From Scenedesmus sp. PABB004 (taxonomy: Eukaryota), in the NCBI GenBank assembly GCA_014905635.1, contig JABVCE010000041.1, positions 62,001 to 126,000 of the forward strand: 64,000 nucleotides of DNA. Reading direction: 5' to 3'. The notes below the pieces were generated by a model. That model was not told the origin of the DNA. It saw only the letters and a list, made by a program, of their open reading frames with translations, and searched no databases. The position numbers and the translations under genes were made by a program. Below, one piece after another: positions 44,693-56,796 of this stretch (positions are counted from its first letter, which is position 1; each line of letters begins with the position of its first letter).

Positions 44693-46408
44693 TGCCCGCG
44701 CAGCGCTGCCGCCGCGGCTGCGCCACCTCGAGGCGGTGGGCGCGGGCCTGTCGGGCGCGCTGCCGCCGCTGCCGGGCAGCCTGGTGCGGCTGGACGTGAG
44801 TGACAACCGCCTGAGCGGCAATCTCGAGGCGCTCGACGCGACGCACATGGAGGTGCGCCGCTGGGGTTGAGAGTTGAGGCCGCACCGCACCGCGCCGCGC
44901 CGTGGCGCATGCCGCCGCGTGGCCCGCGCCGCCGCGTGGCCCGCGCCGCCGCCGCCGCCGGTGGGCCCCTCCCCTCAACCCTCCTCGCCCTCCGCCACCG
45001 CCGCAGGTGCTGCGCGCGTCCAACAACAGCCTCACCGGCGGCCTGCCCGCGAGCGCCGCGGCGAGCCCCCGCCTCTTCCTGCTGGACCTCGGCTCCAACG
45101 CGCTCACGGGGCCGCTGCCCGAGGCCTGGAGCGGGCCGCGGCTGCAGATGGTCATGCTGGGCAGCAACCAGCTCACCGGTGCGCGGCGCTGCGCAGCGGG
45201 CAGCACCGCGCCACGCGACGCGCCCGCCTGCCGCGGGGCACCGCGCGATGCCCCCCCCACACGCGCGCGCGCGCGCCGCGCGCAGGCTCCGTCCCGCCCG
45301 CGCTCGCGCGCCTGCCCAACCTCGGCGTGCTGCGCCTCGGGCACAACCGCCTCGGCGGCGGCCTCGACGCCTTTGCTGCCGCGCTGCGCGACCCCTCCGC
45401 GCCGCCGCCGGCCGAGGGCGCCGCGCCGCCCGCGCCGCTGAGCCGGCTGTTTGACCTGAACCTCACGTCCAACGGCCTGCACGGCCCCGTGCCGGAGGCG
45501 CTGGCCAACCTTGGCATCTTCAACCCCAACATCACCATCCTGGTGCGCGCTGCGCTGTGCTCGAGCGCGGCGTGGGCGTGCAGGGCCTGGGGGACCCTGC
45601 ACGCGGCGCCGAAACCCTGCCACGCCCCTTGTGGCTGACGGCGGCGGCGGCGCCGCCGCCCGGCAGGTCCCCGGCGGCGACGGCGCCGCGACGATCGCGC
45701 CGCGCGTGCTCGACCTCAGCGGCAACGGCCTCTCCGGCGACTGGCCGGCCTGGCTGCTCAGCGCGGTGCCCGCCACGACCGCGGTGTGCGGCTGCGCCGT
45801 GGGCGTGGAGCTGGGCGGGCCGGCCATGCGCCTCGCCTGCCCGCCCGCCGACGCGCCGCTGCGCGTGACCGACTTTGCCTGGCAGCACGCGGCGGAGCAG
45901 GTGCGCGCACAGCGCCGCCGCGCGCCCGGCGTCCTGCTGCCGCCGGGCGCCCGCGCCCGGCCTGCCGCCCCCGCCCGCGCCGCGCCCTGACGCGCCCGAC
46001 GCCGCGCCCCGACGCGCCGCGCAGCGCTACACCTGCTGGACTGCCGGCGGCGCCGCGCTGCTGCTCGACTTCCTGGGCAGCCCCGCCAACGCGCCGCCGG
46101 GCGAGGCCGACACGACCAGCACCGCGCGCGGCGACGGCGGCGGCGCGTGGGGCGACGCGGCGGCTCGGCGCCGCGGCGCGGTCGCCGGCGCAGTGGTCAG
46201 CGCGCTGCTCGGCGTCGCCGCGCTGGGCGCGCTGAGCTACTACGTCGTCTACCGCCGCCTGGTCGCGCCCGCGCTCGCGGCGCGCGGCGGCGGGCGCTTC
46301 GCAAAGTTCCAGGACGACCCCGCCGCCGCCGCGGCCGCCGCCGCGGGCGCGGGCGCGGCAGTCGGGGCGGGCGCCGCGGGCGTGGCCGCCGTGGCGGCGC
46401 CGCTGTGA
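42190..46408 (+). CDS. Leucine-rich-repeat receptor-like protein, paralog 2 (same architecture as 21954-26667)
   Basis: Signal peptide ..GLALLLAAALVAVAPGGARA. LRRs LARLDLSGNNLG, LQVLDLAYNRIEGALP, LAFLNLAGNSLAGALP, LFLLDLGSNALTGPLP, RVLDLSGNGLSGDWPAWL. TM AVAGAVVSALLGVAALGALSYYVVY followed by RR. No kinase. Confidence 0.9.
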
Positions 46409-46837
46409 CGGCGAGGGGAGCGTGGGAGAAAGGGAGGGATGGTCACGACAGGCGGCGGCGCTGAGATGCGCATGCGGGGGCGCGCACGGCAGCACGGGGC
46501 GAGCGCCGCCACTCTAGACCCCGCGCCGCTGCGACGCGGCAGCGGGCGGCGCTATCGCCGATGCAACACACGCTTCGGGATGCTCGGGCGAGGAGGGAGA
46601 GCAAGCTGCGGCGACCTGCGCGGCACCGCCCGCCGCCGCGTGAGGATGCTGACCTATCGCTCCCAGCGCATCGCTCCAGCGACCCCGCGCGACCGGCCGA
46701 GAGCAGTCCCTGTTCGGCGGCCGGTCAAATCGCAGGCGTTCAGGCCACGGGCGCTCGCGTGCAGCCCGCCACCAGCGGCGCCGCCGGCGCCGACCGGCAC
46801 GCGCGCCTGGCCGCTGGTGCGGCCAGCTGCCCGAGCA

Positions 46838-47124
46838 ATGCGGGCTGCCGTGAGCAGCGGCGGCAGCTGCTGCCCTGCCGCCCGGCGCCCGGCGGCGCGC
46901 GGTCCGCAGCAGCGGCAGCGCGCCCGCCTGGCGCCCGCGGCGTCGGCGGCGCAGCGCCCCCCGTCGCCGCCGGGCTCGCCGCCGCCGGCGGGCAGTGGCA
47001 GCTCGCGCAGCTGGCTGCCGGCGTGGACGGGCGGCGTGCCGCTGCCGTTGCTGGCGGCGCTCGTCGCTGGCCGGCCGCCGCGCGCGCCTGCGACGCCCGC
47101 GCCGTCGCCCGCGCCGGCGTCATG

Positions 47125-47175
<51 letters not shown>

Positions 47176-50100
47176 CCAGCCGGCCGGCGCGGCCGAGCCG
47201 GCCGCGCAGCTGGCCGCCGCGCTGCGCCGGCTGCCGCCGCCGCGCGGCGCGGCCGGCGACGTCGGCCCCGACGGCGGCGCCGGCAGCGAGGGCGCGGCGG
47301 CGCTTGCCGCGCTGCGGCAGCTGCGCGGCGCGTGCAGCGAGGCGGCGTGGGCCGCGTTCGTTGACGCCGTGCAGCGTGCCGCCGCCGACGCGGCCGGCCA
47401 CGCGGCAGGCCCGCCGGCCGCGCTGGGCGGGCAGCACCCCATCACGGTCCTGCCGCCGCTGCCGGCGGCGAGCGCGGCGCGCCTGAACGCAGAGCGGCAG
47501 GCCGAGCGGCTGACCGCGCAGCAGCACGGCCTGCTGGGGTCGAGCGGGCCGCTGGCCTCGCCGGGCGTGGAGGGCGGCGCGGCGCACGCGCAGCAGCAAG
47601 CAGCACAGCAGACGCACGAGAGGCAGGCGCAGCAGCTGGGGGTTGGGCATCATTTCTTCCATGACCCGCTGGCGTCAATGCATGACGCGCAGCCCGGCCA
47701 CAAGGCGTTTGACTGGGCGGCGGTGGTCGCCGACGGCTCTGGCGCCATCGGTGGCGGGCTCAGCGGCAGCAGGAGCAGCAGCAGCAGGAGCGCGCAGGAG
47801 CAGGAGGGACGCCAGTCCGCGCAGGCGGGGCCCAGCGACCAGCTGGGCCACCACGGCGCCGCGCAGCCTACTGCCGGCGGCGCTGCGCCAGGCGGCCCCG
47901 CCGCGCCGCCGTCGGGGCCACCGCGGTACGAGTATCTGGTCTTTGGCGGCGGCGGCGCGCGCTGCTTTGCATACGCGGGAGCGCTGCACGCGCTGCAGAA
48001 GCTGGGGCTGGTGGGGCGCCTCAAGGGCGTCAGCGGCAGCAGCGGCGGCGCCGTGTATGCGCTGCTGGCCGCCCTGCGCATGAGGTGGGCGCCGCGCACG
48101 CGCGGCGCACCGCACTGAATGACGCCCCGCGCGGCCGCGCAGCTGCCGCTGAGCCCGCCCCGCCGCCGCCGCCGCCGCCGCCGCCGGCGTGCGGCACGCG
48201 CCGCGCAGCGTGGCGGAGGTGCAGGCCGCGATGGGGCTGCTCCCCGAGGCCGAGGCGCTGAGCTGGCTGCGACTCAACAGCCGGCTGGGGCTGAGCGACG
48301 GCGACGCGCTCTTCGGCCAGATTGAGGCCGTGAGCGCCCGCCGCGGCCTACGCGTGGGCCTCTAGGCCGCTGCGCGCTCGCCGCAGCTTCGCGCGGCAAC
48401 CTGCCGCCCCGCCCGCGCCGCCCGCCGGCAGGCGATTTCCGCCAAGCTGGGCATCCTCCACCCGAGCCTCGGCGACGTCGCGGCGGCGGCGGGCTGCGAC
48501 GTGACACTCGCCGCGACGAGCCTCGCGCGTCGCGCGCCCGTGTACCTCAGCAGCAGCAGCCACGCCGACATGCCAGTGCGGGACGCGCTGCGCGGTGAGG
48601 CCGCGTGGCGCGCCGCGCCGCGGCGCCGACGGGCCGCCCGGCCGCGCGCCGTCGCCTCACCCCACCCCACCCCCTTTGTGCCCCGCCCCGCCCCGCGCCA
48701 GCGTCGGCCGCGATTCCGTTTTACTTTGAGCCCGTGCGGGTCGGCCCCCGCAACGAGCTGCTCGTCGACGGCTGCCTCACAGGCACGCGCCCCGCGCGTG
48801 CGCGGCACGCTGACCGCACGGCCCGGCGCACGCCTCGCGGCCGCCGCGCGCGCGGCCGCCACAGCCGCGCGCCGCCGCCGCCCGGCCCCCGCGCCGCAGA
48901 CTGCGTCCCGCTGAGCGGCCTCGGCGCCGCCGGGACGTGGGACCCGGGGCGCACGCTCGTGCTCGCGGTGCACGACGGCTTTGGCATCGACGCGCCGGAC
49001 TTTGCTGGCCTGCTGGGCGGCCTCGTCGCGACGTGCATGCAGGCGGGGTTTCACGCCACCTCCCGCTCCGGCATCGACCTCCTGAACTTATGGCCAGCCG
49101 CCGCGAGCGTCAACCCGCTGCAGTTCCGGCTGCCCCCCGACCAGGCGCGGTCCGTGATCGCGGCGAGCCAGGCGCTCGCGGAGGAGGTGCGGCGGCGGCG
49201 GCGGCGCCCGGGGGCCCAGCCGGCGCGCGCGGCGCGCGTCCGCGCCGTCCGCGCGCCCGACCCGCCGCCGCCGCTGCCGCCGCCGCTGCCGCCGCTGCAG
49301 TTTGCCGTGACCAAGATGCGCCAGTGGGAGGCGGCGGCGGCGGCAGCCGCTGCGAGCAGCGGCGGCGCCGCTGCAGCCAGCCGCCCGCGCTCGCCGCTGC
49401 CCGAGGCGGCCGCGAGCCACCTGGTGGCCGGCATGGGCAGCGGCAGCGCCGGCGCCGGCGGCGCCGCGGCGGCGGCGGTGCTGGCGCACAGCCACGCAGC
49501 GCTGCTGGCGGCGGGCCTGCACGGGGGCTTTCGCCATGCGTCGGTGACGCACGCGCTGCAGGCGCAGGCAGCGGAGCGCGCCGGCGCTCCGCCGGGCGAC
49601 CACGAGGCGCCGCCGCCGCGGCGGCACCTGCTCGAGGGGCACCACGCCGCGGCTGCCGGCGCCGGCGGCGACGCGCACGCGCACGCGCAGCGCGGCGGCC
49701 TCGGCAGCCTCGCGTCGTGGGGTGGCGACGACGACTGGGCGGCGGAGGAGCTGGAGAACTTTGCAGGCACGAGCCTGGAGGGCGACGACGAGCCGCAGCG
49801 CGCCGCGCACCTGCCCGGCCAACGCGGCGGCTGGCTCGGCGCCGACGGCTTGCTCGCGAGCGGGGGCCTGGACCCGCTGTCGGGCCTGGGGCGGCTGGCC
49901 GTCGAGCGGCTGCTGCGTGCTGCGGGCTGGTCGCTGCCGCCGCCCGGCGAGGGCGGCCCGGCGGACTGGCACCTCGTGGCGGCGGCGCTCGCGCTGCAGG
50001 GCGCCGGCGAGTGGCCGGCGGCGGCGCGGCACGGCGCCGACGCGCCGGCGGCGCCTGGCGGGGTGGAGCTGGTCGTGGTGGAGCGCGACGGCATCAGCCA

Positions 50101-50260
50101 GCTCTGCCTGGCGTCGCGGGACGAGGACGGCGGCGGTGGTGGCGCGGCCGCCGCCGCGGTGGGCCTGGACAGCGTGGACGTTGGCTGGGGCGCGTGGGGA
50201 CAGCCATGGGGCAGCATGCTCACGACGCTTGAAGACGACGATGGCGCGCTGCGCGGGTGA
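46838..50260 (+). CDS. Patatin-like phospholipase with long low-complexity extensions
   Basis: Oxyanion loop LVFGGGGARCFAYAGAL, nucleophile elbow GSSGG (G-x-S-x-G), then ..MPVRDALR|ASAAIPFYFEPV and LLVDGCLT|DCVP. Transit-peptide-like N-terminus. Confidence 0.85.
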
Positions 50261-50486
50261 GAGGCGTTGTGCACGCACTGATTATTTGTTATTGAAACAG
50301 CGCTGAGCTGGGTGTCTTGCTCCGCGAAGCACCTGCCCATCGCAACCGGGGCCCGGCAGCAGCGCGCGAGCAGTGCCGAGGCGAAACAGCTGGCAGTTCC
50401 GAAACGCGCAGCTGCGCGGGCGCCTGGGCCTGAAGCGCGCGCCGTGAGGTCGTTAACAGCTCAGGCGTGCCACCAGAGCGCGCGCC

Positions 50487-53462
50487 ATGCGGCGGCGCGT
50501 CCTGACGGCGCTGCTGCTGCTCGCGGCAGCGGCGCGGTCAGCAGCGGCGGCGCAGGCGCAGGCTGCGGTCGCGGCAGGTGCGGGCCGTAGCCGTCGAGGA
50601 CGGCGGCCGTGTCGAAGCGCCGCAGCGCGGCGTGGCAGCCTGACCGCGCGCGTCACCGCCGCGCGCTGCTGCTGTACTGACGCCGCTCGCCGCGCACGTG
50701 CCTGACCGCGCGTCCCAGCTGTGTGCCCCTCCAAGGCACCCGTGGTCGTGAGCGACCCATCCACGCCACTGGCGCTGGTTCCGGGAAACAACTACGAGCT
50801 GGGTCCAGGTGAGCGCACGACGGCGTGCCCGGGGCCGCCGGGCGGCGGGGCGCGCGCACGTGCGCGCCCGCCCGGCGCCCGCCGCGTCGCTGCACCAGCT
50901 GCTGCTGCACCAGCTGATGCTGCTGCTGCTGCTTCTGCTGCTGCTGCTCTGCAGGCACCTTCACTCTGGCCGGGACGGTCGAGGTGGAAGCAGGCCAGGC
51001 CCTCTGCGTGGTGGGCAGCCCCGACCGCTCCAGCAGCCCGACCGTGCTGCGCGCGCCGCCGGCGCGCGGCAACGCGAGCGTGCCCCATGCCACGCTGTTT
51101 GGCGGCTACCTGGCGCTGACTAACCTCACGCTGCGCGGCCGCGCGGCGAGCCTGGCCAATACGAGCGACCCCGGCGGCGGCGGCGTGATCGTGCGGCGCA
51201 AGCGCGGCGCCGCGGACGACGGCGAGAGCGCGGCGCTCTACGCGGCGGGCGTGAGCTTCAGGTGGGGCAGGAGGGTCAGGGGGGGGGGTGCTGCCACGCT
51301 GTGCGACGGCCGCGGCGCCGCCGCGGCTGCACGGCCTGCCTGCCTGCCTGTCCCCGAGCGCCGCGGCGGTGCGCAGGTCGATATCGCCTCGCGCCGTGGC
51401 CAACGCCGACGACCCGACCGCCTGGCTGCGCTTCGTCGACACCAGCTGGGCCGACAACGTCTACAACCAGGTCGTGTGCGACACTGGCACGGGTGGGGGC
51501 CCCCTTCCGCGCGCGCGCCGGGGTTGCGGGCAGCACCAGCCAGGCGCTGCTGAGCTGGCGCCAGGGGCCGTCGCCGCCCTCACGCGCCGCCTGCCCCTTG
51601 CGTCAGGCAAGTGGAAGTGTTCCTACGTTGGGCCTGCTGAGACCGCCGGTGCCGCGGGGCTGAGCACGTGCGGCAACGCCACGTTTGAGGGGTCGACCAC
51701 GTTTCGGAACAACACGTTTGGCAGCATCTGGAGCTGGCCCATGGCCAAGTCCAGCGCGCTCATCACGCTGAACTTTCGGGGCCCCTTCACGGCCGAAAAC
51801 AACACCCGCTCCCCTGACGGCACGTCAGAGGGCGACGGGCACGAGGTGTGCTCACCGCGCGGGCCGCGCGCCCGCGTCACGCCTCGCTGCCGCGGTGCAG
51901 CGCTGCGCGCGCGCGCGGGGCGCCGCGTTGACCGCCCGCGCAACGCCCTCACCGCCGCGCGCAGTCAAACGTGTACGCGCCGCCGTTCGGCTCGGTGGTG
52001 TTCGGCCGCGCGACGCGGCTGGTCTTCACCGACAAGGTGGTCATCTCCGGCAGCCGGACCAGCGCCATCGCCCTGGGTGACTACCCGGGGCGGAGCCTCC
52101 CTTGCAGCGTGAGCGTGGGCGGCGTGTTTAACTGCTCGGGCGCCCGCGCCGAGGTGGGCGCCTGCCTGCGCCTCGAGAACACGACCGCCAACCTCAACGG
52201 CAAGGTCTTCTGCCGCGACAACGCTGCGACGTCGGGTGAGCCGCCGGCACGGCCTCGCACATGCGCATGCGCCCTGCGCAGCTCGCTCGAGTGAGCCGCC
52301 GCGACGCGCGCGGTGCTGAGGGGAGGCGGCCACCGCGCGCACTCGGTGCCGCCCCACGTCAGGCGTCGGGGGCTGCATGCTCGCTGATTATGGCTCGGTC
52401 GTGACCTTCAGGGCGCCCGCGCTGTTTGAGCGCAACAAGGCGGGCAACTATGATGATGAGCACATGGTGCGCGGCGCGGGCTCTGACGCGGCGCGGGGTT
52501 CTGCTTGCCGCCGGGCTGACAGCGTGGCCTGGCATCCGGCTCTCGTCTCTCCTAACTCCCCCCATCCCTTCCTCGCTCCCTGCCTGATCCCAGCCTTACA
52601 TGCCTGGCGGCGGCGCCCTGGCAGCGAGGGACTCCACGCTCACGTTTCAAGAAACAGCGACGTTCAACAACAACCAAGTCAGCGGCGGCGGCAGCGGCGG
52701 CGCGATTTACCTGCAGACCTCTCACCTCAACGTCAACGGCAAGGCCACGTTTGTCAACAACTCGGCCGAGAGCGGGATTGCATTGTATGTGCGCCAGACA
52801 CTCGGCGGCGCGCTGTCTGCGTATGGTGGCTCGGCGACGCTCAGCGGCGGCGCCAACTTCACCGGCAACTCGGCAACGGTCGGGGTGTCTGGCGGGGGCG
52901 CCATCTCTGTGCGGGGCGGGCACGTGCTCAAGCTGCTCGGCCCGCGCGTCACGTGCGCGAACAACACAGCAGCAGACTTTGGCGGCTGCTTGAGCGTGCG
53001 CGACTCGCTTGCGGTGAGCTGCAGGCCTGCTGGCTGCCCCGGCCAGCCCGCCTGCGCCCGCCCTGACCCCGCGCGCCCGCCCTGCCCCCCCGCGCGCCCT
53101 GCCCGCAGCGCTTCAAAGCCGACGGCACGTGCATCCAGGGCAACACCGTGCTGGGCAACCTCAACGCCACGGCAGGCGGCGCCGGGGTCTTCATCGGCGA
53201 GGGCGGCACGGTCGACTTCCGGGGCGGCCCGGCCAAGTTTGGGGCCAACGCCGCCGCGCGGCGCGCCGAGAGCGACATCCTCGTCGCGCCGCCGCCCAGC
53301 CCCGACGCCCCGGCCTCCAACTTTACGTGCGCGGGCACGCGCGTGCGCGGCGAGGGCTCCTACGTGATCGAGGGCCCCGTCTGTGCGGAGGACTGCACCG
53401 GCTCAACCTGCACTTGCCCGCGCGGCACCTCCTGGGTGGCGGCACGCTGTCTCTGCGCTTAA
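50487..53462 (+). CDS. Secreted right-handed beta-helix protein with Pmp-like GGA(I/L) and FxxN repeats and a Cys-rich C-terminus
   Basis: Signal peptide MRRRVLTALLLLAAAARSAAA. Repeats TFNNNQVSGGGSGGAIYL, TFVNNSAE..GGALSA, NFTGNSAT..GGGAISV, TFRNN, LFERN. C-terminus CAEDCTGSTCTCPRG..CLCA-TAA. Confidence 0.75.
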
Positions 53463-54048
53463 GCGCACGTCAATTGACTTGCCAAGCTTGCAAGCTTGAC
53501 ATGGCGCACACACTGGCAAACCGGCGGCGGCACTGCTGAACTGGCGGCGCGGGCTGCAGCTTTGGGCGCAGGTGGCGACTGGGCGGCCGCCCAGTCGGTG
53601 CGGCACTGGGGACTCGGGCCTGAAATTGGGTTGCACTGGCCAACCCAAGGGCGCGGCTAGCTGGGACCTCTGATCGTGCAGGTGAGGCGCACGTGGGAGG
53701 AGGGGGGGGGGGGGGCACGCTGGCAGGCGGCAAACCTGCCGGGGCTGTGCGTCGTGCGAGCGGCGCGCACGCCGACGAGCACGCAGCGGCACTCGCGCTG
53801 CGCTGGGCGGCGCGGCTTGTGACCAGCGGTGCGCGCGCGCGTGTGGGACAGCTCAATCGTTGCCCATTGCCCGCCCGCCCTGCCTGGTGCTACACACGCT
53901 GCTCTCCCCGGCCACCCCAAGCCGCGCGCCCCGCCCACCGAGCTGCCCGACCGGAGGGTCGCGGCGCCGCACCGCGCAGCGCGCGGCGTGCTGCGCGGGC
54001 AGGATACAGCTGCGGCCGTCGCACGGCCCTCGCGCTGCGTGTGGCGCT

Positions 54049-54681
54049 TCATTTCCGCTCCTTCTTAGCCTGCGCGCGTGTGCGCGTGCTCGTAAGTGCG
54101 GCGGTGCGCCGTCACACGGCCCGCTCTGTGCTGCCGGCTCGTGGTGCCGCCGCCGGCGCTGCGCACTGCCGCCACGCCCGCGGCCGCCCCTGCAGCGGCT
54201 GCCAGCGCACCTTGTCGATCTCGTCTTTCAAGCCGGCCACAAACTTCTCAGAGAATATGCACACGTCCTCGCCAAAGTCGACCTGCAACGCGCGGCACGC
54301 CGTCGGTTGCGCGTCCCACGGCGGCCCGGCGTGCCCGGCCCGCGTGCCTGGCCCCTCGCGCCCAGGCTCACCAGCTTGACCATGCAGTAGCGCGCCGTGT
54401 CGTTCTTGATGTTGGCCGTGTTGAGCCTGGCAGCGCGGCGCGCGGCAGCAGCAGCAGCGGCGCCGGTCGGCGCGGCGGCGCGGCGCGACCGTGAGCCGGT
54501 CCGTCGCCGCTGCGCGTGTGACGGTGGACCGCGCCCGTGCGGCCACCCCGGCGGCCACGCCGGCCTCCCGCGCGGGCGCCGCTGGCCGCGGCGCGCACTG
54601 GATGATGCCCTGCCGCTTCATGGCCCCCAGGGTGACGACGGTCACGAAAGTCTGCGTCGCCACGAACGTGATCCAGCCCAT
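54049..54681 (-). CDS. 76-aa microprotein resembling DUF1748/Atg44 (mitofissin)
   Basis: Four exons (54681-54599, 54426-54372, 54282-54211, 54069-54049), all joined by GT-AG introns and in phase: MGWITFVATQTFVTVVTLGAMKRQGIIQLNTANIKNDTARYCMVKLVDFGEDVCIFSEKFVAGLKDEIDKAKKERK. The gene model is strong; the family call rests on recalled motif spacing. Confidence 0.7.
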
Positions 54682-55097
54682 GCTGCTGCCTGATCAGATC
54701 AGCGGCATGGGCGGGCGACTCGACGGCGCGCGGCGGCGGCGAGGCGTGCGGCCGGCCGCGGCGTGAGCGGAGTCGCGGCGCGCGGGGACTCCTGGCTGCG
54801 CGGGCGGGCGGCCGTCCTAGCTCTGTGCGGCCGGCGCCCCGCTGCTGCTGGCCGAGCGCCGGCGGGGCCGAGCGGTTGGCACGAGCGCTGCAACCGCTGT
54901 GCCCCGGGCCGAGCGCCCGGCCGGCGGGCGGCGGCAACAGCAGCTGCGACCGGCCCGCAGGTGACACAGTAAGCACGCCGCCGCGCCCCGCGCCGCAGCC
55001 GCTGCTGCCGCGCACGCGTGCGCCGGCGGCGCCGCGCCGGGCCACGCGCCAGGCCCGCTGCGCGCCGCCCGCCCCTCCTCTCTCTCGCCCCTCGACC

Positions 55098-56796
55098 TCA
55101 CATGATCTTGGCGCCCGAAAAGTCCATCTCCGGGTGCGCCGCCATGAAGCGCTTCAGCATCTCCTGCTTGTTCAGCTCCTCGCTCGTCGGCAGGCCGAGC
55201 GCCTTCTGGCGCTGGTCAAACTGCGGCGCAGCGCGGCGCGCGGCGCTCGGCGGCGCTCGGCCGCGCCCAGCGGCCAAGCTCAACCCCTCCCTGCCTGCTC
55301 GCGTGCTGCGCGGCGCCGCGCGATGGCGGTGGGTGCGCACCATCATCTTCTCCACCGTCTGCCGCGTCTCGGGGTCCAGGTCGGTCAGCTTGCTGCTCTC
55401 CGGCTCCACCGCCTGCGCGGCCAGCAACGCCCGCGGTCAGCGGCGCGGCGCCGGCAGCGTGGCGCCGCTCAGCCGCTCAGCCGCTCGCGCGGCCTCGCGC
55501 GTCCTCGCGCGCGCGCCTGCACGTCGATGGCCGGGTCGTCCGCCATGACGCGGCTCCACCAGTGCATGCCCTCCGCCTTGGTCAGCGTCAGCTCCACCAC
55601 GCCGTCGGCTGCGCGGCGCGACGCGGCGCGGTGGGCTGCGCGCGCTGCCGCCGGCGCCGCCGCGGCGATGGCGCCGGCGTGTCGCCAGTCGCCGGCGGCG
55701 CGGCGCGGCGCGCACCCAGGTTCCACATGCAGTCGTCCGGCTTGATGCCCTCCGCCAGCGCGCCCTGCGGCCGCGGCGCGGGCGCGGCAGCACGGCGGCG
55801 CTCCGGCGTCGGCAGGCCGCGCACGCCACCAGCGCGCCGCAGGCCGCGCACGCCAGCGTGCCCGCGCCGCCGCTGCGGCCCAGCGCCCCCGTGCCGCCGC
55901 GCCGCGCCGCACGTCGAGGATGGGCGGCTGGCCCCTGACGCCGACGCGCAGCGCCTGGCGGCGCATGTCGACGTGCAGCTGCTTCGCCTTGACCTCCCGG
56001 CCCACGGGCACGCACACCGCGACCTCGCCGAGCGTCTGCGTCCAGCTGTAGCGGCCCAGGTCCGCGCCGCGGCCGTCGTTGGGCTCTGTGGCAGCAGTGA
56101 CGGCAGCGGCAGCAGCGGCGGCGGGTCGGTACAGGTGCGGGGCGGCGGTCGCGGGGCCCGCACGCCGTGCGGGCGCCGCCGCCGGCGCGCCGCGGCGCGC
56201 ACTCAGGCCCTTGGCGCCCTGGTCCGACTGCTCTGCGCCCAGCTCCGGCGCGTCCTTGGACGGCCCCGCCTCGGGCGCCGGCTCCTGCGCGGCCGCGGCC
56301 GCGGCTGGTGCGGCCGCGCCCGACGGCGACGCCTGCGCCGCGGCGGGCGGCGCTGCTGCCGCCGCCGCGGGCACCGCGGGCGCCGCGGGCGCCGCTGCTG
56401 CGTCGGAACCGCCCGCCTGCGCGCCGTGGCAGGCCGGGGCGCGGCGCGTGAGCGCGTGCGCCGTCGCGAAGCGTCGGCGCGGGCGGAGCAGCAGCCGAGC
56501 GCGCGCACCTGGCCGCCCGGCGCCTGGGGCGCGGGGCTGGCCTTGGCGCCCGGCCGACCGCCACCCAGGAAGCCCGCCTTGAAGCCCGGCTCGCCCTCGC
56601 CCGCTACGGCGCGGTAGGCGTCCAGCACTCGGCGCTTGGCATCTGGGCCCTTGAAGAAGTTGGTCTTGCGGGCCAGGAAGTCGAAAACGCTGCCCAGAAA
56701 GGCGCCCACGTCGCCCTCGTGCCCCAGCAGCAGCCGCCCCAGCTCCCGGTCGAACTCGGTGGGGTCGAACGGCAGCTCCTCGATTGCGCACGCCAT
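55098..56796 (-). CDS. nudC: NudC/BOBBER-family co-chaperone (CS/p23 domain)
   Basis: [116 protein letters not shown]. Confidence 0.95.

Noticed and set aside
47126..47175. (CCG)n poly-Pro run, and the (CAG)n poly-Gln run at 61168-61200
   Set aside because: Ordinary low-complexity coding tracts for GC-rich chlorophytes.
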